Virus record (IMG/VR): IMGVR_UViG_2663762908_000007
DNA from: a virus
Lineage: Duplodnaviria; Heunggongvirae; Uroviricota; Caudoviricetes
Length of the DNA: 19,072 nt
Reading direction: 5' to 3' (one strand)
Shown here: positions 1 to 8,119 of the stretch, piece by piece
Layout of the letters: every line of letters starts with the position of its first letter
How positions within the stretch are numbered: the first letter of the stretch is position 1
Program-made: the position numbers and the translations under genes
The notes under the pieces: generated by a model
Told to the model about the DNA's origin: nothing
Databases searched by the model: none
What the model saw: the letters and a program-made list of their open reading frames with translations, nothing else

Positions 1-351
1 TTAATCCCACTCAATCCAGTTGTAGACGATACGAAGTGACGGGCGCACAGCGGCAGTCACATCTTCGGTACTAAAGTCGATTGCATCACTGTAGATTTTG
101 CAGTCCAACATTTCAATTGTTGTAGCAGCTTTTGTCACAGCGTTAACCCCGGAAGATTTGGATTCAGGGGTAGCAGCCATCGTGATATCAACATAGTCCT
201 TCGCCGCAATGCGATCCTTGATGAACTGAAGAATATCGCCTTCGATAGTCTCCACGCACTGGACCTGGATTTCCCCAGAGTTTCGAATTGGTCCGTGCTG
301 GTTGAACTTCACACCATTCGGACCATAGTCCTCCACATCCTCGCGAGTCAT
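1..351 (-). CDS. hypothetical protein in the P1-like late/structural block (116 aa from ATG at 351-349; the ORF track starts it at an in-frame GTG at 366-364)
   Basis: Open frame ending with TAA at 3-1. The ATG at 351-349 overlaps the TGA stop of the upstream small ORF (ATGA). Same strand and tight spacing as neighbouring genes. No family recognised. Confidence 0.5.
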   Translation of the reverse strand: MTREDVEDYGPNGVKFNQHGPIRNSGEIQVQCVETIEGDILQFIKDRIAAKDYVDITMAATPESKSSGVNAVTKAATTIEMLDCKIYSDAIDFSTEDVTAAVRPSLRIVYNWIEWD

Positions 352-509
352 TTCAGGGATTTGCACGTACGAACAAGTACACTGATATCTTCATAGCCTG
401 CAAAAGTGAGCTGGAATTCAGAAGATACCAGTCGTTCGCCTTTGGCCGCGTTGGCAGTATAGCGGCCCTTAATAAATTTACGGTTTCCCTTAGTGTTATT
501 GTGCCCCAT
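348..509 (-). CDS. small ORF, 53 aa (MGHNNTKGNRKF...), stop overlaps the start of the downstream ORF
   Basis: ATG at 509-507 preceded by AAGGA with about 6 nt spacing. Its TGA stop (350-348) overlaps the ATG at 351-349, suggesting translational coupling. Below the 60-aa cutoff of the supplied track, found by hand translation. Confidence 0.3.
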   Translation of the reverse strand: MGHNNTKGNRKFIKGRYTANAAKGERLVSSEFQLTFAGYEDISVLVRTCKSLK

Positions 510-520
510 ATAAAATCCTT

Positions 521-985
521 TTACTGGAACGCCCGAACAATATCGGAGCTGTTATATATCGAAGAACCGGTCAACTGGAGGTTGACGGTGTTTTTCAGGA
601 AATGCCCATTGCTGTCCCTGGGCGCATCGAGATCGAAACTTATGTCCTGGATAGCGACATCAATGATGTTGATCCGGCGACCAATGTTTAGCGTCACACG
701 CTCCGGGATTCGACCACCAATACTGGCATCTTTAAGTTCCGGGCTAATCATCGCTGACAATGCGGCGATAGCTCCTGAAACCTCCGTGAATGGGTCAAAC
801 AAAGCGATGAAAGTTACTGGCAGCGTGAAAGTCGGCGGTGTTCCCCCTTCCCAAACCATTAAGCTGTTCCAACGGGCCACCGACGTTGTTTCAGTACCAA
901 CCTGCGCAAAACCACTGAAAGCACCAGCAACAGACCCCATGGACATACCGGTAAACGGCGCTTCCCAATTCTGGGCCATGTTCAT
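521..985 (-). CDS. hypothetical phage-type protein, 154 aa
   Basis: ORF with ATG at 985-983 and a G-rich SD-like sequence about 6-7 nt upstream. Lies in the same minus-strand block downstream of the sheath-like gene. No motif recognised. Confidence 0.5.
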   Translation of the reverse strand: MNMAQNWEAPFTGMSMGSVAGAFSGFAQVGTETTSVARWNSLMVWEGGTPPTFTLPVTFIALFDPFTEVSGAIAALSAMISPELKDASIGGRIPERVTLNIGRRINIIDVAIQDISFDLDAPRDSNGHFLKNTVNLQLTGSSIYNSSDIVRAFQ

Positions 986-1100
986 TGCTGCCCCCTGGCT
1001 GATATATCCGGTAACCTGATACTGAGAGTTCGTTAAAGTAACTTTCAGAAATGGCGATACACCGTCAGCCTGGCTGTAAACCCCATAAGGTATAGGTGCT

Positions 1101-1130
1101 ATTCAAGTTAAAGGCCGGAGTTCTCCGGCC
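1101..1130 (-). terminator. candidate intrinsic terminator/stem-loop after the acidic-protein gene
   Basis: Perfect 8-bp GC-rich inverted repeat GGCCGGAG / CTCCGGCC (1113-1120 and 1123-1130) immediately after the stop at 1138, followed on the minus strand by TTTAACTT. The U-tract is short, so strength is uncertain. Confidence 0.4.
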
Positions 1131-1137
1131 TCCTCCT

Positions 1138-1953
1138 TTAGCCAAGGCGCTTACGGCGCAGTTTCATTGACTTTTTGCGGGCAAGTTTTGCCGCGCCGGT
1201 CTGAGCTTTTCGACGCGCTTTTTTCAGCGCCGATTTTTGAGCCGCAGTCAGACGTTTTTTACTCAGGCGTTTACGGATGAGTTTGATCTCACCGTTACGA
1301 ACAACCTTCTTAAATGCTTCAGTCAGCATTTCATCAGAAGTGCCAGCAACAACAAACGCCGCTTCCAGTTCATCACGGTCGTCGCTATCTAAACCAGCGA
1401 TAGAGGCACCAACATCAGCAGCTGCGTCGTCGTCTTCATCGTCAGCCAGTGCTTCGATCAGGTCATCATCTACACCGCATGCTGCGAGGAAGTCAGCAAC
1501 ATTTGCCCATGCTTCGTTATAGGCATCGTCCTGTTCTTCTGTAACTTCGGAGTCGTCGTCATCAGAGATACCAGCGATAGCCTGAACGAAACCATCAAGG
1601 GAGTCGAAAGTCAGATCACCGCTATCAGCCCAGGCGAAAACGGCGTCGGCCGCATCACTCAACGCATTTTGCATAGCACTTCGATTTGCAGCTTCCAGAA
1701 TCATCTGGTGCGCCTGTTCGACGGTCCATTCTTTACCGTCTTTCCCTTCCAGGATTTGCTCAGGAGCCGGGGCAGATGGAACGTTATCGTTAGTCTGTGC
1801 CGCCGGTTCCGGATTATTATTAATAACCGGATCTGTTGGCGGTTCGGCGCTTGCTCGGGCAGACTCCATCAGCTGCACAGGATCAGAGCTCAAAGCGAAA
1901 CGAGACAGTCCATTCCCCAAAAATGCCCCGGATTGAAAAAAGTTTTTGCTCAT
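1138..1953 (-). CDS. charge-bipolar protein, 271 aa: strongly acidic D/E-rich core with a very basic K/R-rich C-terminal tail of about 50 aa
   Basis: ORF with ATG at 1953-1951 and SD AAGGGA about 7 nt upstream, 9 bp after the stop of the sheath-like gene (operon-like). Composition read directly from the translation (DDDDSEVTEEQDD, DDEDDDAAAD, then KLIRKRLSKKRLTAAQKSALKKARRKAQTGAAKLARKKSMKLRRKRLG). Confidence 0.6.
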   Translation of the reverse strand: MSKNFFQSGAFLGNGLSRFALSSDPVQLMESARASAEPPTDPVINNNPEPAAQTNDNVPSAPAPEQILEGKDGKEWTVEQAHQMILEAANRSAMQNALSDAADAVFAWADSGDLTFDSLDGFVQAIAGISDDDDSEVTEEQDDAYNEAWANVADFLAACGVDDDLIEALADDEDDDAAADVGASIAGLDSDDRDELEAAFVVAGTSDEMLTEAFKKVVRNGEIKLIRKRLSKKRLTAAQKSALKKARRKAQTGAAKLARKKSMKLRRKRLG

Positions 1954-1962
1954 TGTATTCCC

Positions 1963-3552
1963 TTACTTAATAAGCAGCGGTACGCCCTGGATACGACGGG
2001 CTACGCCAGTCGGGCAGCAGGCCCAGACTACTTCCCATTTATCGAATTCCGCCTGCGTAACTTTCAGCACATACGGTTCTGTACCGTCAGCATCAGGATC
2101 ACGAGGAGCCACCAGAGCGCCGGAGGCGACAAAGCGATCTAAAAGTTTGGTCATCCCTTTAGTCAGGCCAGCCGCAGTAATACCGTCCGGGCTATGCTTC
2201 ATCTGTCGGGCTAACTGGACAAAGAAACGGCTGATTGCATTCATCAGGGATGGGACGTGCTGGAAGTGCAGATAGTTATCCTGCGTGCAGCAAGTTAAAG
2301 CATCGTCGATGATCATCTGGCCAGAGGTGCCAACAGATACTTTATTGAGACGGCCCTTGACCATTGCTTCTTCGTCCGGGGTATCTTCCGGATACAGCGG
2401 TTGAATTGACGCACGAGCAATGACGGCACGTTCTTCACCAGCCGGTGAGTAATGCCAACCGCCGACATCAGAGTTTTTCTTGACGCCACGAGCTTTCACC
2501 GCATACGCCACGCCAGACAGACCAAAGACCACACGGGATTGGGTCCATTTGTCTTTGCAGGAGAACGGGTAGTGATAGACAGAACAGCTTACATAATCGG
2601 TACCAAGTAAACCGGTATCCTCAACAGCTGGTAGTGCTTCTGCGTACGTTAATGTCGGTTTGACATCAAAGAAGCCATCAATCAGGCGATCTGCACAGAT
2701 TTTACCTAATGCGGTGATAGCCGCATTGTCATAGCAGCCCAGGCCAAGAACAGCGGTGTACATGTACGGCGCATTGTTCAGAACTTTCACCGCACGCAGG
2801 TACGTAGCGGTTGAGATTTTCGACTGATCGCCGTTGGTACCGCCAGTGAACGCCAACGATTTTTTGTTTGTTACTTTCGCTGTCGAAATCAGCTCTTCAT
2901 TAACAACCGCGCGCAAATATTTAGAACGGGCTTCCAGAGCCGTAGGCAGATAACACAAGCGGCCCATGTCATCTTTCGCTTCTTCCGCCAAAGACACAGT
3001 GTGTGTCTCCAGGGTCGTTACCACGCCGAGCGAAGTCGTCTGGGGCAGTTTTAAGAGGAAGCGTTCATTACCCGCGCTGTCCGCTGTTGCCGTTTCGATG
3101 GTTAACTCACGGGTAGGTGAAATACACGGATCACCATCATCAACGTAGATAGCAAAGGCTTCGCCACTATCAAGTTCAATTTCAGAACCGTATGGCAACG
3201 CACTGTAAGCCGGTTCGCCTGATTCATCGAACATAATAATCGGGAACTTCGCATCATCCGGAACAGCGCGAACAACGTAACCAGACGTTTGCTGAATAGC
3301 TTCGTATACATGGCGAATTGGTTCGAACTGTGAGCCGGAAGACGGCTTCAGCGGTTCGCCGAGAACATCTTCGTAATTGGACTCAGTAACCGCAAGAACA
3401 GTAAACGGCTTGCCACGCGCAAATACGCCAATACCAGCCCACAAGCTGCTATTTAATGCAACACCGGTAGATAACGTCGCATCGGCATTGATCGGGCTAA
3501 CCGCGACGCCGGATGCATTACCTAATGACTGTTGAATTGAATATTGAGACAT
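1963..3552 (-). CDS. phage structural protein, 529 aa, possibly contractile tail sheath (P1 gp22-like)
   Basis: Long ORF with SD AGGGA upstream of the ATG at 3552. The size (about 58 kDa) and a W-x-x-S-P-A-G segment (GGWHYSPAGEE) resemble the conserved W-K-A-P-A-N/G region of myovirus sheath proteins. In P1 the head and tail genes 21-22-23 lie next to par. Assignment is from memory, not a search. Confidence 0.55.
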   Translation of the reverse strand: MSQYSIQQSLGNASGVAVSPINADATLSTGVALNSSLWAGIGVFARGKPFTVLAVTESNYEDVLGEPLKPSSGSQFEPIRHVYEAIQQTSGYVVRAVPDDAKFPIIMFDESGEPAYSALPYGSEIELDSGEAFAIYVDDGDPCISPTRELTIETATADSAGNERFLLKLPQTTSLGVVTTLETHTVSLAEEAKDDMGRLCYLPTALEARSKYLRAVVNEELISTAKVTNKKSLAFTGGTNGDQSKISTATYLRAVKVLNNAPYMYTAVLGLGCYDNAAITALGKICADRLIDGFFDVKPTLTYAEALPAVEDTGLLGTDYVSCSVYHYPFSCKDKWTQSRVVFGLSGVAYAVKARGVKKNSDVGGWHYSPAGEERAVIARASIQPLYPEDTPDEEAMVKGRLNKVSVGTSGQMIIDDALTCCTQDNYLHFQHVPSLMNAISRFFVQLARQMKHSPDGITAAGLTKGMTKLLDRFVASGALVAPRDPDADGTEPYVLKVTQAEFDKWEVVWACCPTGVARRIQGVPLLIK

Positions 3553-3567
3553 AACTTTCCCTGTTAT

Positions 3568-3586
3568 GCGCCCCGCACGGGGGCGC
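3568..3586 (-). other. intergenic GC-rich stem-loop between the 205-aa ORF and the sheath-like gene
   Basis: GCGCCCC-gcacg-GGGGCGC, a 7-bp perfect stem, 26 bp after the stop at 3613 and just upstream of the RBS of the 529-aa gene. No clear U-tract, so it may be a processing or attenuation element rather than a terminator. Confidence 0.35.
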
Positions 3587-3612
3587 TATGTTAAACGGAG
3601 AACTTCCCCTGA

Positions 3613-4230
3613 TTACTCAGAGTCACCGGCATCAATCGTGTCGCCGCTTATGAAGTTAAGCCCGCCTTTTTTGGCCATTGTCAGCGTTACACGAGTGAAG
3701 TAATCAGCGCCGTTGCGTGGGTGCATATCGTTGATAGCCGAACCCCACAGCGTGCTACGGTTGACCAGCGCCGGAGTGGTCGGATGCTGGAACGGGATGG
3801 CCGGGACAGCATCACCAGTCACGAAGCCTGCTTTACCCGGATTTTCATCACGGACGTAGCACAGCACATCCATCGAGCTGAACTGAATGTTCTCAGTCGT
3901 TAAGTTCTTACAAATACCAGCAGGTACTTCGTACACTTTCACGTTACCGAACAGGGTACCGATGTAGTGAACATACGGAGTCTGGATATAGTCTTCGGCT
4001 GGCTGGAAGAAATCCTTCGGCAACTGTTTGAAGAAAGATGCTGCATCAGCACCAGCAAACATCCCCATCGCACCAGAAGATTTAACGCGCTCAATAATGT
4101 CGCGATATACAGTCTGGAATTTGCCACGAATGATGGTTGCCCATACATCAAAGGACTGGTTAACCGGCAGAGCGATGTCAAAGGTGTCGGTCGCAAGAGT
4201 GCGCCAGATCATGATGCGAAGACGCAGCAT
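3613..4230 (-). CDS. 205-aa ORF, probably the C-terminal part of a major head protein (P1 gp23-like); in the same frame as the upstream 360-aa ORF, separated only by a TAA
   Basis: ATG at 4230-4228 has AGGA only 1 nt upstream, a poor RBS. The frame is continuous with ORF 4237-5319 except for the TAA at 4239-4237 (...EYLSH * QD MLRLR...). Confidence 0.5.
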   Translation of the reverse strand: MLRLRIMIWRTLATDTFDIALPVNQSFDVWATIIRGKFQTVYRDIIERVKSSGAMGMFAGADAASFFKQLPKDFFQPAEDYIQTPYVHYIGTLFGNVKVYEVPAGICKNLTTENIQFSSMDVLCYVRDENPGKAGFVTGDAVPAIPFQHPTTPALVNRSTLWGSAINDMHPRNGADYFTRVTLTMAKKGGLNFISGDTIDAGDSE

Positions 4231-4236
4231 ATCCTG

Positions 4237-5319
4237 TTAATGAGACAGGTATTCCTTCAGGGTGCGGAACTGTAGGGAACCCAGGTCTAGACCAAATTCA
4301 CGCTGTGCTTCATACGCCGCCTGTACCGTGTGCTCAGCCGCGATAACGAACTGACTTGGGAACAGGGTGTATTTCTTCATTTCGTGGTTGATCAGCGGGA
4401 TCAGCTCAGGAGCGGCTTCAATATTGATTTCCGTCTCAATTGCGATCTCAGTGCCTTTATCCGGCGCTTTGGAGAACGACAGGGCAATCTGACCAATGTT
4501 GTAGTTCAGAGAGCAGGTAACAGTGATTTGCTCACCAGCAGCATTAGTAAACGAGTGAAGTAGGCTGCCGGAACCGTTATCAACAACAGACTTAATACGG
4601 TTAACGTAGATGTTAGTACGACCTTTTCGGATTGGCACATTCTGGCCTTCGAAGTCTTCCATCTTGAAGGTTGCGGTTTTGCTGGTGCCATCGGAGCTTG
4701 CCACCAGCACATAGCGGCGACGTAACTGGCTGTACACACCGACGGATTGCATGTCCAGAACATCACCAGCAGCATAAGAACCAAAAGAGGAACCTGCCAC
4801 GTTAAAGACTTCATAGATGTCGGACTGGTCACGCGTAACCGGAATGAAGGTACACGCATCAGCGGTAGCTGCCCCCAACTGAACAGGCAGGATCATCGCG
4901 AGGAATAAAGGCAGACGCATAACACCGTCAGAAACGCTCATCATCTCTGCTGCGACGGATTCCAGCATCGCTTTATTAGTGGCATCCATGCTATTGCGGG
5001 TGGACTCAATCAGGCAGTTTTCCAGCGTCTGGTGGCAGGAGGTCAGAATTTCCGAACGCGGCATAGATTTATGTGCTGCGGCGTAGTCAGCCAGTGCACT
5101 TGCCCACGCTGTAGCGATTTGAGCGGTGGCATTATCAGAGATACCCGCAAAAATCGGGTCTTTACGTGCAGCTTCAAGGATAGATGCGGCACGCGCGGCA
5201 TCATCTTTAATGAATTGGTTATCAGTACCGAACTGCGCAGTGCTTGCCCAGCCAAGCACAGCTTTAGAGCGTTTTGCGATATCTGCAATACGATTCTGGT
5301 ATTCGCGTAAGTTACTCAA
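4237..5319 (-). CDS. 360-aa ORF, probably the N-terminal part of a major head protein (P1 gp23-like) with an Ala-rich helical N-terminal region
   Basis: TTG start at 5319-5317 with SD AAGGAAGAG about 5 nt upstream. It is the first gene downstream of parS, where P1 carries gene 23. Combined with ORF 3613-4230 it gives about 568 codons, matching a roughly 62 kDa head precursor. Confidence 0.55.
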   Translation of the reverse strand: MSNLREYQNRIADIAKRSKAVLGWASTAQFGTDNQFIKDDAARAASILEAARKDPIFAGISDNATAQIATAWASALADYAAAHKSMPRSEILTSCHQTLENCLIESTRNSMDATNKAMLESVAAEMMSVSDGVMRLPLFLAMILPVQLGAATADACTFIPVTRDQSDIYEVFNVAGSSFGSYAAGDVLDMQSVGVYSQLRRRYVLVASSDGTSKTATFKMEDFEGQNVPIRKGRTNIYVNRIKSVVDNGSGSLLHSFTNAAGEQITVTCSLNYNIGQIALSFSKAPDKGTEIAIETEINIEAAPELIPLINHEMKKYTLFPSQFVIAAEHTVQAAYEAQREFGLDLGSLQFRTLKEYLSH

Positions 5320-5344
5320 TTTACTCTTCCTTAAACATAAGGCA

Positions 5345-5530
5345 CTTGTGTGAATCCCTTTTCGGAAGAGATTTTATTGAAAGTCACTTGTTGACTTTCT
5401 CGCGAAAAGTAATTTTTTAAATTTTTTGTGCGGGGAAGTGGACGGTGAATGCAGGCGTTAAATCGTGGGAATTTCAGTCTGAAATTCTCCTAAAAAACAC
5501 ATGCAAATCATAATGTTAGCAATGAAATTG
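5345..5530. promoter_or_regulatory. parS: candidate parS centromere (ParB binding site) downstream of parB
   Basis: Located where P1 parS lies, directly after parB. Contains the heptamer palindrome GAATTTCAG-t-CTGAAATTC (5469-5487), further TGAAAT/GTGAAT-like heptamers (5350, 5446, 5523), an AT-rich tract (5411-5428) that could be the IHF site, and a second palindrome GAAAGTCA-cttgt-TGACTTTC (5380-5400). Confidence 0.45.
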
Positions 5531-5583
5531 GTGCAGGACATTTTAGGAAGGGGAGGGGCTAACACCACCTCCCACCAGCGGGA

Positions 5584-6549
5584 TTATTCCCCAGCAGACA
5601 TTTTCCCAATGATTTTTTTTATTGCTTCGTCAATTTCAGTTTGCACTTCAGACGGGAGTCTAGAGAACTCGTAGGCGACAACCCGTTTTTTCGGATCGGA
5701 CTTCTTTCGAGCATATTGGCGACGGTCAGAGAAGTCTCGCAGCTTCTCAACCACCACAGATTTAACCGGCGCGGGCTTCAGGCTTTTGCTTTCCGCTTGG
5801 AAGATAGCCAGTATCTTCGCTTTATCCTCTTGCGCGCCCTCAGTCTCTGCAATTCGTTCGCGCACCGTATCAACCAGCTCTTCAATAGGCACGCTTTTAG
5901 CGTTGGCATCCTCGGAGATCTGGAGCAGTAACTGGTAATCTGGCAGGGCGAGATCGCTGGCAACAGGGAAGACAGCAATCATCTCATCCGGCACCGCTGC
6001 CGCCTGGAACGCGCGCGTAACTTTAGCCTTTGAAATGTTCTCAGCGCGGGCGATCTCTTCTTTGGTCATGCTCTTACCATACATAACCTCGAAGCGTTTA
6101 CCCAGTTCGCGCAGGGTGTGTTCGCGGGCTGTCTGGATATCAATGGCCAGCTGGCGTGCATCCGCCAGGCTGATCTCATCTTTCGTCACCAGAATCTCAA
6201 ATTTCGTTTCATTGAAGATACACGCAGCGCGGCGACGTGATCCGTCCAATACCTCAATGCGCTCCCCAACCATACGACCAATAGCCGGGAAGAACTGTTG
6301 CAATTTAATGGTGCGGGAAATATCGCTTACCGACTCAGGGGTGAGCAGAGACTGATCGCGGCCGTTAACTGCCGGGTCAACGAACGTGCGCGACTCAATC
6401 TCACCACTCAGCACAACGGTAAGCAAAAATTTAGCCTGGCGGCCAGATTTTAGGGTAAAGGTTTTGGTGCCTTCACTGCCTTCAAGCATGCGAGCAAACT
6501 CGGAGCTATTCTTGCCCAGCACTCGTCCACGGGAAACTATTTTTTTCAT
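5584..6549 (-). CDS. parB: partition protein ParB (type Ia, P1 family), 321 aa
   Basis: The translation carries the ParB signature EVLDGSRRR and an HTH region, and aligns by eye with P1 ParB but is clearly divergent. It overlaps parA by 4 bp (ATGA). Confidence 0.9.
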   Translation of the reverse strand: MKKIVSRGRVLGKNSSEFARMLEGSEGTKTFTLKSGRQAKFLLTVVLSGEIESRTFVDPAVNGRDQSLLTPESVSDISRTIKLQQFFPAIGRMVGERIEVLDGSRRRAACIFNETKFEILVTKDEISLADARQLAIDIQTAREHTLRELGKRFEVMYGKSMTKEEIARAENISKAKVTRAFQAAAVPDEMIAVFPVASDLALPDYQLLLQISEDANAKSVPIEELVDTVRERIAETEGAQEDKAKILAIFQAESKSLKPAPVKSVVVEKLRDFSDRRQYARKKSDPKKRVVAYEFSRLPSEVQTEIDEAIKKIIGKMSAGE

Positions 6550-7757
6550 GCCGCCTCACCCCTAACAAACTCAATTCGATCAAACACAGCCTTAGTGAAA
6601 CGCTCGGCCTCGGTTCGTGCCTTCTTCAGCGCCTCTGCACTGCCTGGATACGATTGCGGGTTGGCACTGATTACGGTGTCGAAAGACTCGCCGCATCGCT
6701 CAAATCCATCCAGACGAGGCAGAGAAGAGTCCAGAATGTTGCTGGCGTAAACCTCACGCGCAAGGCTGTGTGATGTCTCGTGATCGCGCTTGCCGGTCAT
6801 CTTCGACATAAAACCAATGCTGGCGCTTAAACGCGGTTCTACGCCTTCCTCCTCCAGTTGCTCCAGCATTTCTGGCAGACGGGTGAGATATTTCAGTGTT
6901 GAGTGGAAGTCAACCTGGGCTGGTGGGGTAGGGGTAAGCAGCAAATCGCTGGCCGCCAGACCGTTGAGCAGGAACGGATCCAGGTGTGGGCCGGTATCAA
7001 TAAAGATAAAGTCATAATCATCCGCAACACGATCAATGATATTGCGTCGAAGGATTTCGTACTGATTTTGTCCGGGAAGATGCTCTTCAACCAGCTCTTT
7101 CCATTGGCTGGCAACAAAGCCATCGTCGATAGAGGCTGGAATCACGTCTACGCCAGGAACGATGGTCGGACGAATCACCTCTTTGCGTAGCGTCTCCGCG
7201 TCCAGGTCGTTCAGCATCGCCTGCGCGGCGGTTTCCAGGATGGAACCAATACTGTGAGTATGGTCGAGGAACATTGTGCTGGATGCCTGAGGGTCAAGGT
7301 CAATTACCAGAATGCGCAGATCGTGACGCAGTAAATCCTGATGCACACGCAGAGCGTGCGCCAACGTGACTGTGGAAACCGTTTTGGATACGCCACCCTT
7401 CAGGTTTACGACAAAAATAACGTAAGGCGATTTGTGAATGTCGCGATATTTTGGGATCTTACGGTGGGCATAGATATCAATGACGTTCTGGATGGTCAGC
7501 GCGTACTGTTCAACGTTACCGACCTGTTTCTTGTTGAACTGGTACCCATTATCTTCCATCTCTTTGATGGCCTGCTCCACAATGCGGCGGCTCAGCTTCG
7601 GCAACTTTGCCACAGCGTTACGAGTGAACGTCTGATAATACTCGGTCTGATTGAACTCTTTGCGCTGCTCTTCAATATCCTGACTCATGGCCTTAAGTAA
7701 TGCGCTTGCACGAAGAGCTATGGTGCCGACACCGCCGTAATCGCGTTTCATCATCAT
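6546..7757 (-). CDS. parA: partition ATPase ParA (type Ia, with N-terminal regulatory extension), 403 aa
   Basis: Deviant Walker A NLKGGVSKTVST, and the motifs ILVIDLDPQ and RLDGFERCGESFDTVISANP, typical of the P1 ParA family. Sits upstream of parB. Confidence 0.92.
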   Translation of the reverse strand: MMMKRDYGGVGTIALRASALLKAMSQDIEEQRKEFNQTEYYQTFTRNAVAKLPKLSRRIVEQAIKEMEDNGYQFNKKQVGNVEQYALTIQNVIDIYAHRKIPKYRDIHKSPYVIFVVNLKGGVSKTVSTVTLAHALRVHQDLLRHDLRILVIDLDPQASSTMFLDHTHSIGSILETAAQAMLNDLDAETLRKEVIRPTIVPGVDVIPASIDDGFVASQWKELVEEHLPGQNQYEILRRNIIDRVADDYDFIFIDTGPHLDPFLLNGLAASDLLLTPTPPAQVDFHSTLKYLTRLPEMLEQLEEEGVEPRLSASIGFMSKMTGKRDHETSHSLAREVYASNILDSSLPRLDGFERCGESFDTVISANPQSYPGSAEALKKARTEAERFTKAVFDRIEFVRGEAA

Positions 7758-7866
7758 CTCCTTATCATTTCGTATGAGTGAATTGTACGTTTGATTCTGC
7801 TACGTGCAACTTTCTTTGATTCGTGCGTCAATTATTGCACGTAAAGAAATGGCGATGAGGCTATTA
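7758..7866 (-). promoter_or_regulatory. parAB promoter/operator region (inferred)
   Basis: Intergenic region upstream of parA with the inverted repeat ACGTGCAA (7802-7809) / TTGCACGT (7835-7842). Type Ia ParA proteins autoregulate at an operator overlapping their promoter. Confidence 0.4.
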
Positions 7867-8119
7867 GATGTGTGCTGGAGGGATGATGCAGGACCAGAAT
7901 GTGCGATAGAGGGAAGTCGCATTGAATTATGTGCTGTGGAGGGATCGCTGGTATCAAATATGTGTGCTGGAGGGAAAGGCAGAGAATTACATGTGCACTG
8001 GAGGGAAAAACGGATGGACAGATGTGTGCTGGAGGGAAAGTCTGGGCAAACTGCGGGGCGTCCCCCTCCAGCGCACATCAAAAACAGGAAATTGGACAAG
8101 CCTTCCCTCCAGCACACAC
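7867..8119. repeat. incA: incA-like iteron array downstream of repA (about 8 copies of the P1-type 19-bp iteron, 6 in one orientation and 2 inverted)
   Basis: Copies of GATGTGTGCTGGAGGGAAA or close variants at 7867, 7898 (degenerate), 7928, 7960, 7991 and 8021, and inverted copies (CCCTCCAGC[A/G]CACAT) at 8061 and 8101. The last abuts the repA stop codon. Confidence 0.85.

Noticed and set aside
501-2275. Plus-strand ORFs antisense to the phage block (501-1019, 1277-1522 Ser-rich, 1669-2142, 1946-2275)
   Set aside because: Each is fully embedded opposite a longer minus-strand ORF with better start signals. The 1277-1522 Ser/Ala-rich product is the mirror of the D/E-rich codons of the acidic protein gene.
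1-5319. The minus-strand block as a defence system (for example restriction-modification or abortive infection)
   Set aside because: No nuclease, ATPase (Walker A), methyltransferase or HEPN-like motifs are visible in the translations. The size pattern and position next to par fit the P1 head and tail late genes better. This remains unverified without searches.
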